The translations under genes were made by a program, and so were the position numbers. A DNA stretch of 64,000 bases from Psilocybe cubensis. Lineage: Eukaryota. Numbering within the stretch: the first letter of the stretch is position 1; each line of letters starts with the position of its first letter. Where the stretch lies: assembly GCA_017499595.2 (NCBI GenBank), contig CM039002.1, forward strand, positions 186,001 through 250,000, read 5' to 3'. Below are positions 1-11,203 of the stretch, piece after piece. The notes beneath the pieces are model-generated. The model searched no databases, had not been told where the DNA came from, and saw nothing but the letters and a program-made list of their open reading frames with translations.

Positions 1-15
1 AGAAAGCTCTTACAA

Positions 16-597
16 TTTTGATCCTTTTTGCCACGAGTTGGAATCCGAGCGTCAGGCGCTCGTGTAAGCTTTGTAAAAGTTACATAACGTATAATGTACA
101 GGGCCCGACTGTGATCACAGTCGATGATGGTCTTGCTGCCAGCGGGACAATCGCAAATTGGCAAATCAAATTACGCGTGTTCATTTCCAAGCGGAGATTA
201 AACATTCTCTACAAAAATCTGCTTCGGCACCCGATTCGGCAACCTTCGATTTCCACGTTTTTGATACGCTGACTTGTCTTCGTAACTTGGGCAAAACTTT
301 GGTTGGGACGAGTTTGCATCCTGAATTTGTTATTTTTGCATTGATTTCGACACCTTTCCCATATCTTTATATAACATTAGATATCGTAGAATGTACCTTG
401 TTTGATCTGTACCACAGTATGTTATCGTTCTGATATTACGGCCGCACTGTCAATAACCTGCAAGATACTGGTGGGATTATTTGATTTGTATATACACCGG
501 AGGCCCCAAACTCGTCTTCCTGCCTGTATATTTGTTGCAATTTTTGAATTAACTGACATATCTACTACAGACGGAAGCACCTGAACGACGATAGGTC
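16..597. repeat. Diverged direct copy of 3217..3672; retains the last ~9 codons (LSSFRCFRL*) of the crystallin-like gene plus downstream DNA
   Basis: Shared blocks TTTTGATCCTTTTTGCCACGA, CGCTGACTTGTCTTCGTAACTT, ATTACGGCCGCA.TGTCAATAACCTG and CGGAAGCACCTGAACGACGATAG occur in the same order in both copies. This copy has ~120 extra bp near 50-170. Confidence 0.85.
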
Positions 598-873
598 TTA
601 AAAGATTCAATGAGGCAGAGTGCACACTGCGAAACTGTTTTCCCACACTCAATCCAGTTTGCCGATACTGCCGTGACCAAATTGATACAAATTGAAAAGA
701 TGTTACGATAAGATAAATAACTTCTCTGATGATCATTCTATCTAGTCCCGCTCTCCCCAACCGCTATGTCCCATGCCCCACGAATCACAGGTATCTAAGG
801 TGATGAGAGAAAAGAAGGTGCGCGAATCAGTCCATTGTTTGTAGACCTGTGATAGGAGCGCTTACTTTTCTGT

Positions 874-2180
874 TCATTTTTCTTTGTCAGTGCATCCCTT
901 GATACACCACCTTTCCAGTGACTCGGTCAATGCGCACTTTACGTACGAAGGGCTTTTCCCCTCGTTTGGCGCTCCTCTTTCTATCCCGGGGTGCCCTTTG
1001 GCTGCCACACTGACATCATGCAAAAACATGTCAAATCGAGACTCGGTGCGTGAATTTTAAACACACTCACCTTCCATTTCTTCGTTGTTGTTGAGGCTTG
1101 GATCTGCAACTTTTGGCATCAGTCCCACAAATCTCGAGAGATGGAAAATCAGATATACCTTCGAGGATTATGTGATTCAGTGACCTCTTTGGATGTCTGC
1201 TCTACGGGAATAACCCCGGAGCCTTTGACTCCTTGGAATTGCCCGTTCTCGGACACCATATTTTGATTGGACATCTCTCCAGATCGAGGGATGCGCCAGG
1301 TTGAATTGGGCTGTAAATGTGGAGCACTCTCTCTGCGGTGTGCTGAAATGTCGTGTTGGTTCACAACGAGCCTATGCGGGGTGTACATGTGATGAGACAT
1401 GTCCCTTAGCTGTCTTGATGGACCAACAGATAGGTCTTGCGGGGAAGGAGTAATCGATGCAGGAATTGCACCAATTCCAGTCTGATGATCCATTAGAAAA
1501 GTATCAATTGGCGTCTGAGCCCATGCATTCCTGGACGTGGAGCCAGAATGTGATCCTGATGGTTCTCCGTATGCATAGTGCGCGTAATCTGAGTACACTG
1601 GATTGGGAACCTCAGTAAATGAGCTGCTCATAGGCATAGCAGCCGGCCTGGAATAGAACGCTGCGCTTGAATTGTGCTCCACGGGATCGACCAGAGAGTC
1701 ATTTAGAGATGAAAAATTAGAGTCCCATATTTGCGCTAAATCCTGGGACGTGTACAGACCCGCAGATGGTACAGCGTGTGCCGCAGAATGGTGAACAACA
1801 TCCATGGTGGCATTCTCGAGACCCAGTAGTCCTTCCTGCAAATCATCGTTACCGCCATGGGTTTGGGGAATTGAATTAACCTCCCGAGTGTCTTGCTCTG
1901 CAGAATTTTGTGAGCACAGGCTGTGAGGAAAGGCACAGCAATCCGCACCAGGCATGTAATATTCTTGGAAATTGGAGGGGAGTAAGAAATCATCGATGCC
2001 TCCTTCAAAACCGTGGAATCCGTTTGGAGGTTCACGGTAGCCATCTATTTATGCCCACATTTGGTATTAGCCCAATGCACTTGTATTGACAATAACGGTC
2101 TCACCGGTAATACTGGTTGCTCCAGATCCGTTGTGATAGAGCGCGATGTTCGAGAAATTGAAGATGTTGGACTGGGACAT
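874..2180 (-). CDS. Hypothetical Ser/Pro-rich, probably disordered protein (about 4 exons)
   Basis: ATG at 2180 (MSQSNIFNFSNIALY), GT-AG intron 2104..2045 in phase with a long open exon 2044..1158, further GT-AG introns near 1157..1104 and 1070..1010. TATAAA ~90 bp upstream. 3' end uncertain; no recognisable domain. Confidence 0.55.
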
Positions 2181-2408
2181 TGAGAAAAAAGTGAGGGGCT
2201 CTGATGCAAAGATTGGGAATGGGTCAAGGTGAGAAATTGGGAGGAGAACAATGGATGGTCAGATCTTTATAACATGAGAAAAAACCCTGAACACGCCTTC
2301 TTCGAGTCATCATCCCTCAGCGCTGGCTTTGGCTGTGGGAAAGCGTGCTAGCGGTACTTTCTGGCATTAAATACACGCCTGTTGGCTCTCTTTCCCGTTT
2401 CATTGGAT

Positions 2409-2501
2409 GGGATAACAGCGAGGATACTGAGCAATGACCTCAAGGTAGAGAGATTAACTATCCTCTGTGATTATCCCTCGTTTGAACAGCTTTCTCTACC
2501 T
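2409..2501. other. Two interleaved inverted repeats able to form a pseudoknot
   Basis: GGGATAA..GAGGATA (2409-2426) pairs with TATCCTC..TTATCCC (2459-2477). AGGTAGAGAGA (2443-2453) pairs with TTTCTCTACCT (2491-2501; one G-U). Inner TGAG/CTCA mini-hairpin. Confidence 0.3.
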
Positions 2502-2836
2502 CTAGGCTAAGTTGTGTAGGCATCAAGTACTGGGCACGCGGCAGCCACAATGTGTACTACACCGGGTAGATCACAACGGATAAACAACACACAATATTAT
2601 GCATAATACTAGTACTTTTTTTCCCACCGAACCAACACCCTTAATGCATTCAGTCACCTTTTTGTACCTGTCCGCACCGCTCACCAGGTAACACGATACT
2701 TTCCTTTCTGGCAAGCCTATGTTGCTGTAGTATGAATAGTTGATTTCTTGGGTGGGTTTTTCTAACAAACGTTAAGAGTCAAATTAATGCACTGAACCGG
2801 AATCATATTTCGAGAAGAGATTCAGAGCTAATTTTT

Positions 2837-3154
2837 TCAAATATTGCGGCTCTTTACCACGGAGCATCCATCCACCAGACCTTTGTCATTAGACTCCGGA
2901 CCTCCAAAGACATTCTTGAAGTATGCAGAATGGCGCGATAGGACACCGCGGTAGACCCCAAATTGTGTTCTCTCTGCCTGGATTATGATATTTCCATCTT
3001 CGAACCAGAACTCTGCAGAGCACACAGTTCGAGAGGGGATAACGACAAACACTGATGTGACGAATGGTAAAGCACCATGTTCGGACTCAGACTCGGTAGC
3101 TCTTCTTCTCTTGCTGGAAGTGGCGGAGTTAGAGGGTTGTACAAGTGAAGCCAT
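2837..3154 (-). pseudogene. Truncated BTB/POZ-domain gene of the agaricomycete WFEDG family
   Basis: FWFEDGNIIIQAERTQFGVYRGVLSRHSAYFKNVF...VDGCSVV matches the N-termini of the three intact paralogs, but stops at codon 106 before the D...DW..L segment. No downstream exons recognised. Confidence 0.75.
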
Positions 3155-3216
3155 GGTAAATTACTTGGAATGACCTGTGAAATGTTAGGGTTTAAAGAAT
3201 GCTTAACGCGTCCTTA

Positions 3217-3672
3217 AGGTTTTGATCCTTTTTGCCACGATTTCGAATGTTTGGGTACGTTCATTTTCAAGCGGAGATTCAAGATTCCCTACAAAATCTG
3301 CTTCGACACTAAATTCGGCAACGTTAGATCCCACGCTTTTGAAACGCTGACTTGTCTTCGTAACTTCAGCAAAACTTTTGTTAGGACGAGTTGGCATCCC
3401 AATTTTCATATTTTTCCAGTTATTTCAGGACTATGCCCATATTCACAGGTAGCATCAGATCTTGTAGAAGACAGTCTGTCATTTCTGTACCGCATCAAGT
3501 CATCGTTCTGACATTACGGCCGCATTGTCAATAACCTGGATACTGGTAGGACTATTTGACTTGTATATGCACCGGAGGCCCCATAACCCGTGTTTCTGCT
3601 TGCGGTTTTTTGCACTTTCTAATGAACCAACATATTTACTACAGGCGGAAGCACCTGAACGACGATAGATTA
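3217..3672. repeat. Second copy of the duplicated segment (crystallin-like gene 3' end plus spacer upstream of the BTB fragment)
   Basis: Same colinear blocks as 16..597. Confidence 0.85.
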
Positions 3673-4194
3673 TCGTTGAACGGAGTCCCCGTCAAATCGC
3701 TAATTCCAGGCGCTGTAACAGCGATACTCGCACCCTGGCAATTCGGGTTCCTGGGAACAAAGAATGGAGCAAATTTTAGTAGCAGAAAATGGGATAATTC
3801 GAAGATACTACGTACACAAATAATGTGCAGATAAATCCGGGGTCTGGAGCGACACTCGATATCGCGTCATTGAAAGGCGCAGGGAAATTGATGCATTGTC
3901 CGACGGTGAATGGGAAGACGGTGCAGGGCTCTCCAAAATTTGGGTTGATGCATACAAAGAGGTTTCCGTCGGCGAGTGCGGCTGCTGCTTCGAGGGTCGA
4001 GCGAGCCGTCTATAATAATATGATGCGGTTTGATTTTGATAGGATTGAATGGAGTCAGCTGTAGTCGTGGGAACTGTGGAATACGATAGAGATGAGCAAC
4101 ATACCTTGTCGAATATAGGCTCACTGGGGTACCCATGGACGTAAAACGCTGTGGTGGCCACAACGAGAATTCTGGTGAAACTTATTCTGAGCAT
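3639..4194 (-). CDS. Small secreted cysteine-rich beta/gamma-crystallin-like protein (131 aa, 3 exons: 4194-4105, 4009-3816, 3750-3639)
   Basis: Spliced product MLRISFTRILVVATTAFYVHGYPSEPIFDK-TARSTLEAAAALADGNLFVCINPNFGEPCTVFPFTVGQCINFPAPFNDAISSVAPDPGFICTLFV-NPNCQGASIAVTAPGISDLTGTPFNDNLSSFRCFRL*. Signal-peptide-like N-terminus, two NDxxSS motifs, 6 Cys, canonical GT-AG introns, TATA box upstream. Confidence 0.85.
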
Positions 4195-4249
4195 CGTTGT
4201 TTGAACAGGGGAAAGGCGAGAACCATTTTTAACACGGAAATACAGTGTC

Positions 4250-4258
4250 TTTTATATA
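4250..4258 (-). promoter_or_regulatory. TATA box of the crystallin-like gene
   Basis: TATATAAAA on the minus strand ~55 bp upstream of ATG 4194. Confidence 0.6.
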
Positions 4259-4849
4259 CCTTCAGTTCACCTCGAAGCTGCACATGTTTTCGTACACTCT
4301 CCATGTTGAAAATGGGGTTCTGACCTATAGTTAAACTTCTCATATGATCATGGCCAAGAGCAAGATGTCCATCCAGCGGGTTTTGAGCGCTGCGAATCAG
4401 TTTTAAAGACAGAAATTTACAAATGATTGACGCTTCAGTGATCCTTGCAACTATTCCTGGACTAAAAAATGCTTCGACTTTGGTAGCAATCATGGTCAGT
4501 TGAGAGAAACGTGAAGAATCATAGGTGCTGATCCTAATCAAGGTTGCCCCTGACTGACCTTTGCTGATCAATCAACTCTCCCGAATCTTCAGGCGGAGAT
4601 CGAACATGTTGATGTGTTGACTTGCTGAAATTTGCGAGTTGCCGTCATCTCCCGTTCACTTTCTCCGATCCAGATCCACTGCCAGACAGTGACACCATAA
4701 TCTCGCTCCAATCATAAACAGCAATTCGACACAAATAAGAGGGACCAGACTTGACGGGGCCAATCGACATGGGATACTAACGAGTGCCCATCCATCCCAG
4801 TATTCCCATCTTGCAGTTTTCGACGATCCGTCAGTCAAGGACCCCCACG

Positions 4850-6061
4850 AATCTTTCCTCACCTCATATGCAGCCACACCATCCATACACCTTTTCACCC
4901 CCTTCCTGCTTTCAACCCCTCACGATGATTTCTTCTTTTGACTTGACGTCAACATCGCGCTCCTCTCTCCTCTGTCTCGTTTCCACACCACCCAGCATCC
5001 CATGCGCGTGACGCTGCAACACCTCATTTGCTGAGTGTCTGTCCTAAGGATATTGGTACCTATTTGGTGGGCAGAGAGCAGTGTTTGGCTGGGTCCTATA
5101 TGAAAGAGGGCTGAGGGGCAGATCGGTACTGCGCGATTCAATGTAAGCCTTTGATCTCCCTCTTGTAATTGCGTTGATTCGATTGTTTGTAGCGTGTCCT
5201 TTTCCAGCTTGTGTTCCTCCATCCCTTCCATTGCTCTGCAATCGACCAATCCTGTCCCTTGGAAACGTACGAATGCTACCTCACCGTTGTGTTTCAACTT
5301 TTTGATAACAACATCTACCCTACCCTCCCCAAACCTCAGTGGCTTATGACGACATGGCCGAAGATACTCGATACGCAGGTGGCCGAAATATGCACAGTGG
5401 CCTATGCGTAGTTCTATACTAACGGTTTTTGGTTCGAAGGAAAGGGGGAATTTTGAGTGGACGATATGCGCAGAGAGAGTTTGCACGCCTAGTGGCCCCA
5501 GTAATGGTGAGTACCTCATTAATCACCATTGTCACTGCATTCACGATGACGCCTATAGACGCTCGATGGCCATACTCACTTCATCAAGGATCGCAATCTC
5601 AACGGCTTATTACGGAAAACATGAAGATGCTCATTACGAATATGGACTACATGATGTTCCGAATCGCGATTCGGCTACTTCATATGTAGACTGGGCCAAC
5701 GACAACCTAGGGATTTGGAAAGGGGGATTTCGAGTGGCCGAATATGGACGGAGAGACCATGTGCGTGCCTGGAAGCCGTGGAGGTGGTAAGTACATTATG
5801 CTACACCATTTTCATTGCAAAGTTAATAATGACGCATATAGGCGCTCGCTGGGCCACACCCATTTCCGCCTAGGCCTTTCCGGGCATGGAAGACGGTGGG
5901 AAACTATGGAATGTTGTAACGGGGTCGACAGTGGCCTTATTACGGGCCGTTTGTCTGTGTCCAACGAATTCCAAGCACCACTATGGCGTGTGGAGAGGGG
6001 CCGAGTCAAGGTGCACACAGATACGATGGCCCATGTCCAAAAAACGCAAAAAGGTGCGTGA
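4850..6061 (+). pseudogene. Decayed gene of unknown family containing a tandemly duplicated exon-intron-exon unit
   Basis: Units ~5440-5585 and ~5715-5870 share GGGGGA(A)TTT[T/C]GAGTGG, a similar intron and a following RS.GHTHF-type exon start. Several in-frame TGA/TAG stops and a 1-nt deletion in unit 1. Confidence 0.5.
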
Positions 6062-6888
6062 TCTCTTCATCTTCAGCCAAACAAAACCAACGTGGCACCT
6101 CTCTAGAAACGTATATAAACCCTCACTTATCTGCCTTAACGCCTCAACAATCCACCCACCTCGATATCACAACCACCATCACACACCGCGCCGAGCTAAA
6201 CAACAGCACCACCACCACCAACCACAACAACAACAACAAGCTCGCTCAATGCGCCTTTACCCACAAATTATCGTCTTCGGACCCATCGCTATGCGACCCC
6301 GTCCGCTGCGCACATGCGCAATTGCACAACAGCGTCTTTCCAGAAGGTTTACAGTTCTTGCAGGGCCGTGAGAGATCAAGTCACGGCGCCTTTCCAGAAG
6401 GTTTACTCTGGATGCTTCCTTGGGTATCCATGGGCCAATGTAGGGTGGAACGGGTGTAGCATTGGAGTGTTACGGTTTGTGGACTCGGACGAAGTGCCTA
6501 CGCGGTGATGAAGAACCCCGACATTGAGGTTTTGGAGGGCGCGGCATGGGTTGTAGAGGGTGCCGGAAATCCTTCAGCCGTATTGAGTGTCACTGGAGAT
6601 AGCCTTGTTTGGTTATGCTGTACATATCGAAGACGTCGGCCGCCTGCTTTGATCATTTGCTCATATGTACAATCAATTCTATTTTTTTTTAAAACAAAAC
6701 AAGTCTTGACGTTTTGGAAATAAGACATGCTGTAAGAGTTGAAAACTTGAAGACATCAATGTGGAATATGAGAGACCATGTGTGTATGCTTGAATATGGT
6801 CCAGTGCAAAGCAAATTGTGAGAGACAAATGGATGCATGCGAGGAAGTAAGCACCATGACGTAAAAAATATAGGGGTAGGTAAATTTA

Positions 6889-8737
6889 TCACTCCTTGGC
6901 CACCACAACAACCAAGGTTCCTGCCTTTTCATGACCGCTGCACAATGTATCAACAAGTGCCTGCGGCGCATTTTCAAAGCCCTCAATTTCAATTTCTTGA
7001 CTCTTCAATTTTCCTTGTGCCATTAGAGCCGGAACCGTTTCGAAGAATTTACCCATGAACTGAGGGATAAAGTCCGGGACGATGAAACCTTGAATCTTGA
7101 TGCGCTTCTTCATGATCAAGTATGCATTCTACACGTCATTGCATTAGGAAAATGCTTTGAAATTGATGAAGGAATTTAGTGTGAATACCTTCAGTTTGTA
7201 TTGCTCGCTTGTCGGGGTAACGTCTGATGCAGATGTTCCGCATACCTGATGGGATCCTTTATGTCAATGGTTCTCAAATCCATGGTATGTGTGACGTACT
7301 GCAACTTTTCCGTATGGTGTGATGGACTCCAAGGCAGCATCTAGAGCCTCCCCGCCCACATTGTCCTGTGATTTTGTGATCAGCGATTAATATACCTCTG
7401 AATCTGACATGAGGTCATACCCAGAACGCATTTATAGGCCCATGCTTCAGCAGAAATTCGCCGTAATTTTCTTTCTTGTAGTTAAATGCCAGATCTGCGC
7501 CGACAGACTTCATGTACTCGACCTTTGCATCCGATCCAGCGGATGCGATTACTTTCATGCTATGCATAGGATTAATTATCAGCTTCTGTGTCGATGAATC
7601 GAGCAACCACTGCCGGCGACGACTACTGTAAGTTAAACAAACAGCTGTTGTTTTACATGTTTTATGTATATTCAGCTGTAAGTTCGACATACATCATTAC
7701 TTACACTCAAATAATTTCCATAAAAGGCGATTATTTGAGTGTAAGTAGACTGTATGTTGAACTTACAGCTGAACTTACATAAAACATGTAAAACAATGGC
7801 TGTTTGTTCAACTTACAGCAGCCATCGCCCGCAGTGAACTATTGGCAGACCCTTTTAATTTTCCGAGTTGGATTACCATGCTAGTTGATAGAGAAGGTGA
7901 GATAGATATGGTAAATGATAAATTGAATTTGCATTACCTCCCCACAGCAGATCGCCAGATGATACAAAGAGAGTATCTCCCTAATTGATTATGAGCGATT
8001 AGTCGCGTGCTGTCTCGGTTTACAGGTAGAGCAATGTACCTCTTTTCCCTCAATAATCCCTTCCATGCCAACGAATGCGGTTAGCCCGGGAGTGCCCATA
8101 ATAGAGGTATACTTCGAGAGCGGGTAGAGGCCATTGGGGTTTGGGACAACTTGAAGAGCGAGGGAATCCATATCAAACGTGTAGGGCGGCCACTCTTCAG
8201 GCTTGAAGTTGACTCGTCCTTTAAAATTCAGAAAGTCATCAATATGAAGTTATCAGCTTTATCAATAAAGTGGAACCTTCGACGTAAGGCTGGACTGTAT
8301 ACTCCTCCCATACTGTCAAGCCATAGAGATTATCGCCAACCTTGAATCCTTCTTTCTCCGAGCGAAGGACAACAACGACGGCAAAACCAAGTATCCTGAA
8401 TAAAGATCGTTAGATGTAACTTTCAAGAATTTGGGATTCACATACGGGCCGCCAACGGTAAGCGTGGTTGTGTAGCTGGTAATAGAGGGATCTCGCATAC
8501 GCTCTCGTATAGCAGGCTCGGGGCTATTCTCCCCACAAATTGTCAATGCGAGTGCGTTTTACTCGACATAAATATTCCGTACCTGAGAATCAGGGTCTTT
8601 GTAAGATAACCCCCGTTGAGCGGGACATGATCAAGGTCTATGGTGCGAGACTTGTCGATGATAAGATGCTCCCCAACCTTGGGCAGCTCGTTCGAAGCTG
8701 GGCGCTTCGCAAAAACCACACGTGCATTCGATGTCAT
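6889..8737 (-). CDS. Zinc-independent NADP-dependent MDR oxidoreductase (prostaglandin reductase/LTB4 dehydrogenase-like); apparent 1-nt frameshift near 7952
   Basis: Exons MTSNARVVFAKRP..IDLDHVPLNGG, SPEPAIRERMRD, MGTPGLTAFVG, MKVIASAGSDAKVEYMKSVGADLAFNYK, DNVGGEALDAAL, EIEGFENAPQALVD. Multiple GT-AG introns. Confidence 0.85.
7608..7836. mobile_element. 229-bp fold-back MITE, CACTA/EnSpm-like (CACTG...CAGTG), inserted in an intron
   Basis: ~105-bp imperfect inverted arms around a short spacer. 3-bp target-site duplication AAC at 7605-7607 and 7837-7839. Removing it restores a ~58-nt GT-AG intron. Confidence 0.92.
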
Positions 8738-9871
8738 ATTGATTTACTTTGGCTGTAGCTGTGTGTAAAGAGCGAGAAGGAATGGTTGCTGAAGAGCGAT
8801 ACGAGTCTGGTTTTAACGCTGCAAAGCCTGGCCTGTTAATCCTATTTCCCATAAAATGCTCTAAGAACATGTCCATCAGCGATCCAACTAGTAATCGAGC
8901 AGGTATCTGATCAGAACTTGAATTTTCTTATAGTACAGCCGTAGATTGTTCCAAGAGCCTAATTGCTGCTAATCTCACATCAGAGTGGCCAATAGGAGTG
9001 TTTCCCATAGCCTAATTTAAGTATAATCTCATCCTCGATGCGGCTACAACGCAACTATCCTCCAGCCAGGGGAAATCGGCGCTCATTAAGCATGTCTACA
9101 CTATTTTCGGGATGTAAAACAGGCAAAACAATCAAGATAAACTGTCTACCGCCAACGCGGTCCACTTTGAAACCATGATTTGCGGATAAATAAAGAGAGA
9201 TACGACAGATAGGTTACACGGACATTACGTTGGTGTTGAATCCATGGAGATAAGATGTGATACTACATCTGGAGCCGTATCTTGACACCTTCGGCTTCAA
9301 GGTAACTCATACGGCAGGAATAGAATTATCGCGAAGAACCCTGAAAATTCGGAACGATACACTAAACAAGGAAGCTTGTTATTTGGTACCTGTATTCTTG
9401 CCCCACATCAAATCTGAATACCAGATGACATAAATGGAATGAGTAAAAACAGTATCATATTCGGCATGCCTTCTTCTTCTTCCGATTCGAAGAGTGGTTG
9501 AAGTGGCTGTCTACCCTGTGTTTCTGGTGTATCATTTCATGTGGACATGCAACAAAACTCCGTCTACGTAGACATGCATGCTCACGGTTAAATGAGTGAA
9601 ATATGAAGACTTTCAAAATGCTTGATTGCGACGTAGATCTTAAATTCGAAATAAGTAGAGGATTCATGAAGTCACTAGTCCTGATAATATTCAAAACCTT
9701 GAGCAATATCATACTATTGTCTTATTTTACTACCATAGCAGTGATATTTAAATAATGTAGGTGTACCTTCAAATAATATTTACAATCAATGGCGTGCACT
9801 TGAAATGTTCTGAAAATAATGAAAACAGAAGAAAGAATGGTCACTACAATTTATAGATAATGCGAAGTTTC

Positions 9872-11203
9872 TCAGGCCTTCCCGATAGCTGCTTCCCTGT
9901 CTCCAAGATGTGAGTTAAAGCTTCTATCATCGTTATTGTCAACAGTTTCGTGGTTTATATTGACTTGAATGCGTTTCATTGGAATACTTCCGATCGTCTG
10001 AACCTGGTGTCCGGAGCTTTTTTGAGAATATTTGTGGTCTTCGGCATAAGTGTCAAGTTTGATACGGAGTGTGATTGTGTTGAATGTGATTGCCTGCAGA
10101 TGTAACAGTCAGTCACTTTGCATATCCAGTCCTATGTTCAAAAGGCCACATACCACAACAGAAGTGACGCTCTCTAAGAGGATATACTGTGCATTGATGT
10201 CACTGCAGTACAATGCCAGTAAAACGATCTCAACTATGAGTTGGAGGGCAGCCGATTCGATGAGAATTCGTAGAATGGAAATAAGTCTGCCTCGGCCAAC
10301 ATTATAGTTAGCCGATTTCATATGCGTGCTGTAGATACGCCATGCCATAAGACCAGTGGTAATGATGTTAAGAGCCACCGCCATGGAATAAAATATCTTG
10401 ATCCAGGTATTCAAGCGGGGAAGAAAAACCGTTGCTGTGGGGTCGACAGAGCTGTATGTTCCACATACAATGTATCCTGCCACTTAAAATTGAAAAAAAT
10501 CATTGTCAGTATATCAAGCGCTTAAGTCGAAGGTAACGTACCAATATTTATCATCAACATTATAGACGGCAACACAATGATCTTCCAGTTATAAGACCAC
10601 AAGGTCCATGTTCTGTATATCTTCAAAATTTGGCTTGAACGCTTTCCGGAGAATGATAAGAAGAAAGAATCGCTTACCGCCGCTGCACTTCCTAGATTCT
10701 CTTGGGTGGCATATATGGTATCCTTTAAAATATGATCCCACCGCCTGAGATTGCCAATGTATGCAACGGGTCCGCCATCAGCATCACGGAAATCGGCATA
10801 TCCACGAATGAGTCGGAATCCATTCATTGCAAGGTGGAACGTGGCCATAAAGAACATCACTCCAGAGACCATTATCATACTCTAAATGAAGGTAATTGAG
10901 GTTAGCTGGCGAGTTGAACAGTAGTTCAGACACTAACAGTTGTGTGTATATCACGCTTCGTACCAACACGACTGTACTTCGGAGAGAAATACACAAACAT
11001 CGTTGCTCCAAAGATGCAGCAAAGGAATCCTACAACAAACAATTTGAAAACACTTCGAGTAAATGAGAATATGCCCGTACCATAGACGATTGCCTATCGA
11101 TGGTACTAAGAAAACGTCTATAGTATCATTTGATAATGGTTGCGCTTACCTCGACCCAGGCGGCTAGCAGGAAGGTTTTTACCAGGGAAAGCTGTCCAGG
11201 CAT
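9872..11203 (-). CDS. Uncharacterised multi-pass (about 7 TM) membrane protein, paralog A
   Basis: Spliced MPGQLSLVKTFLLAAWVEAIVYGFLCCIFGATM...IYRTWTLW...LNIITTGLMAWRIY...ILRILIESAAL...AITFNTITLRI...GKA*. Hydrophobic helices; near-colinear paralog at 44456. Confidence 0.88.

Noticed and set aside
2409..2501. HDV-like or hammerhead ribozyme identity for the pseudoknot
   Set aside because: Stem order resembles HDV-like ribozymes, but P3/L3 is too short and the catalytic J4/2 cytosine strand is missing. No CUGANGA/GAAA hammerhead core.
3203..3511. ORFs 3203..3409(-), 3251..3511(+) and their counterparts at 158..760 as conserved proteins
   Set aside because: The similarity is at DNA level and the two copies differ by frame-breaking indels; best explained as duplicated non-coding spacer.
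6100..6730. His/Gln- or Thr/Asn-rich ORFs with a repeated TTTCCAGAAGGTTTAC, as a repeat-peptide precursor
   Set aside because: Only two copies, no signal peptide or Kex2 sites, and no consistent frame.
9872..11203. Pheromone receptor (STE3) or B mating-type locus
   Set aside because: No STE3-type motifs recognised and no small CaaX-ending pheromone precursor ORFs found. The only CaaX noticed belongs to RCY1.
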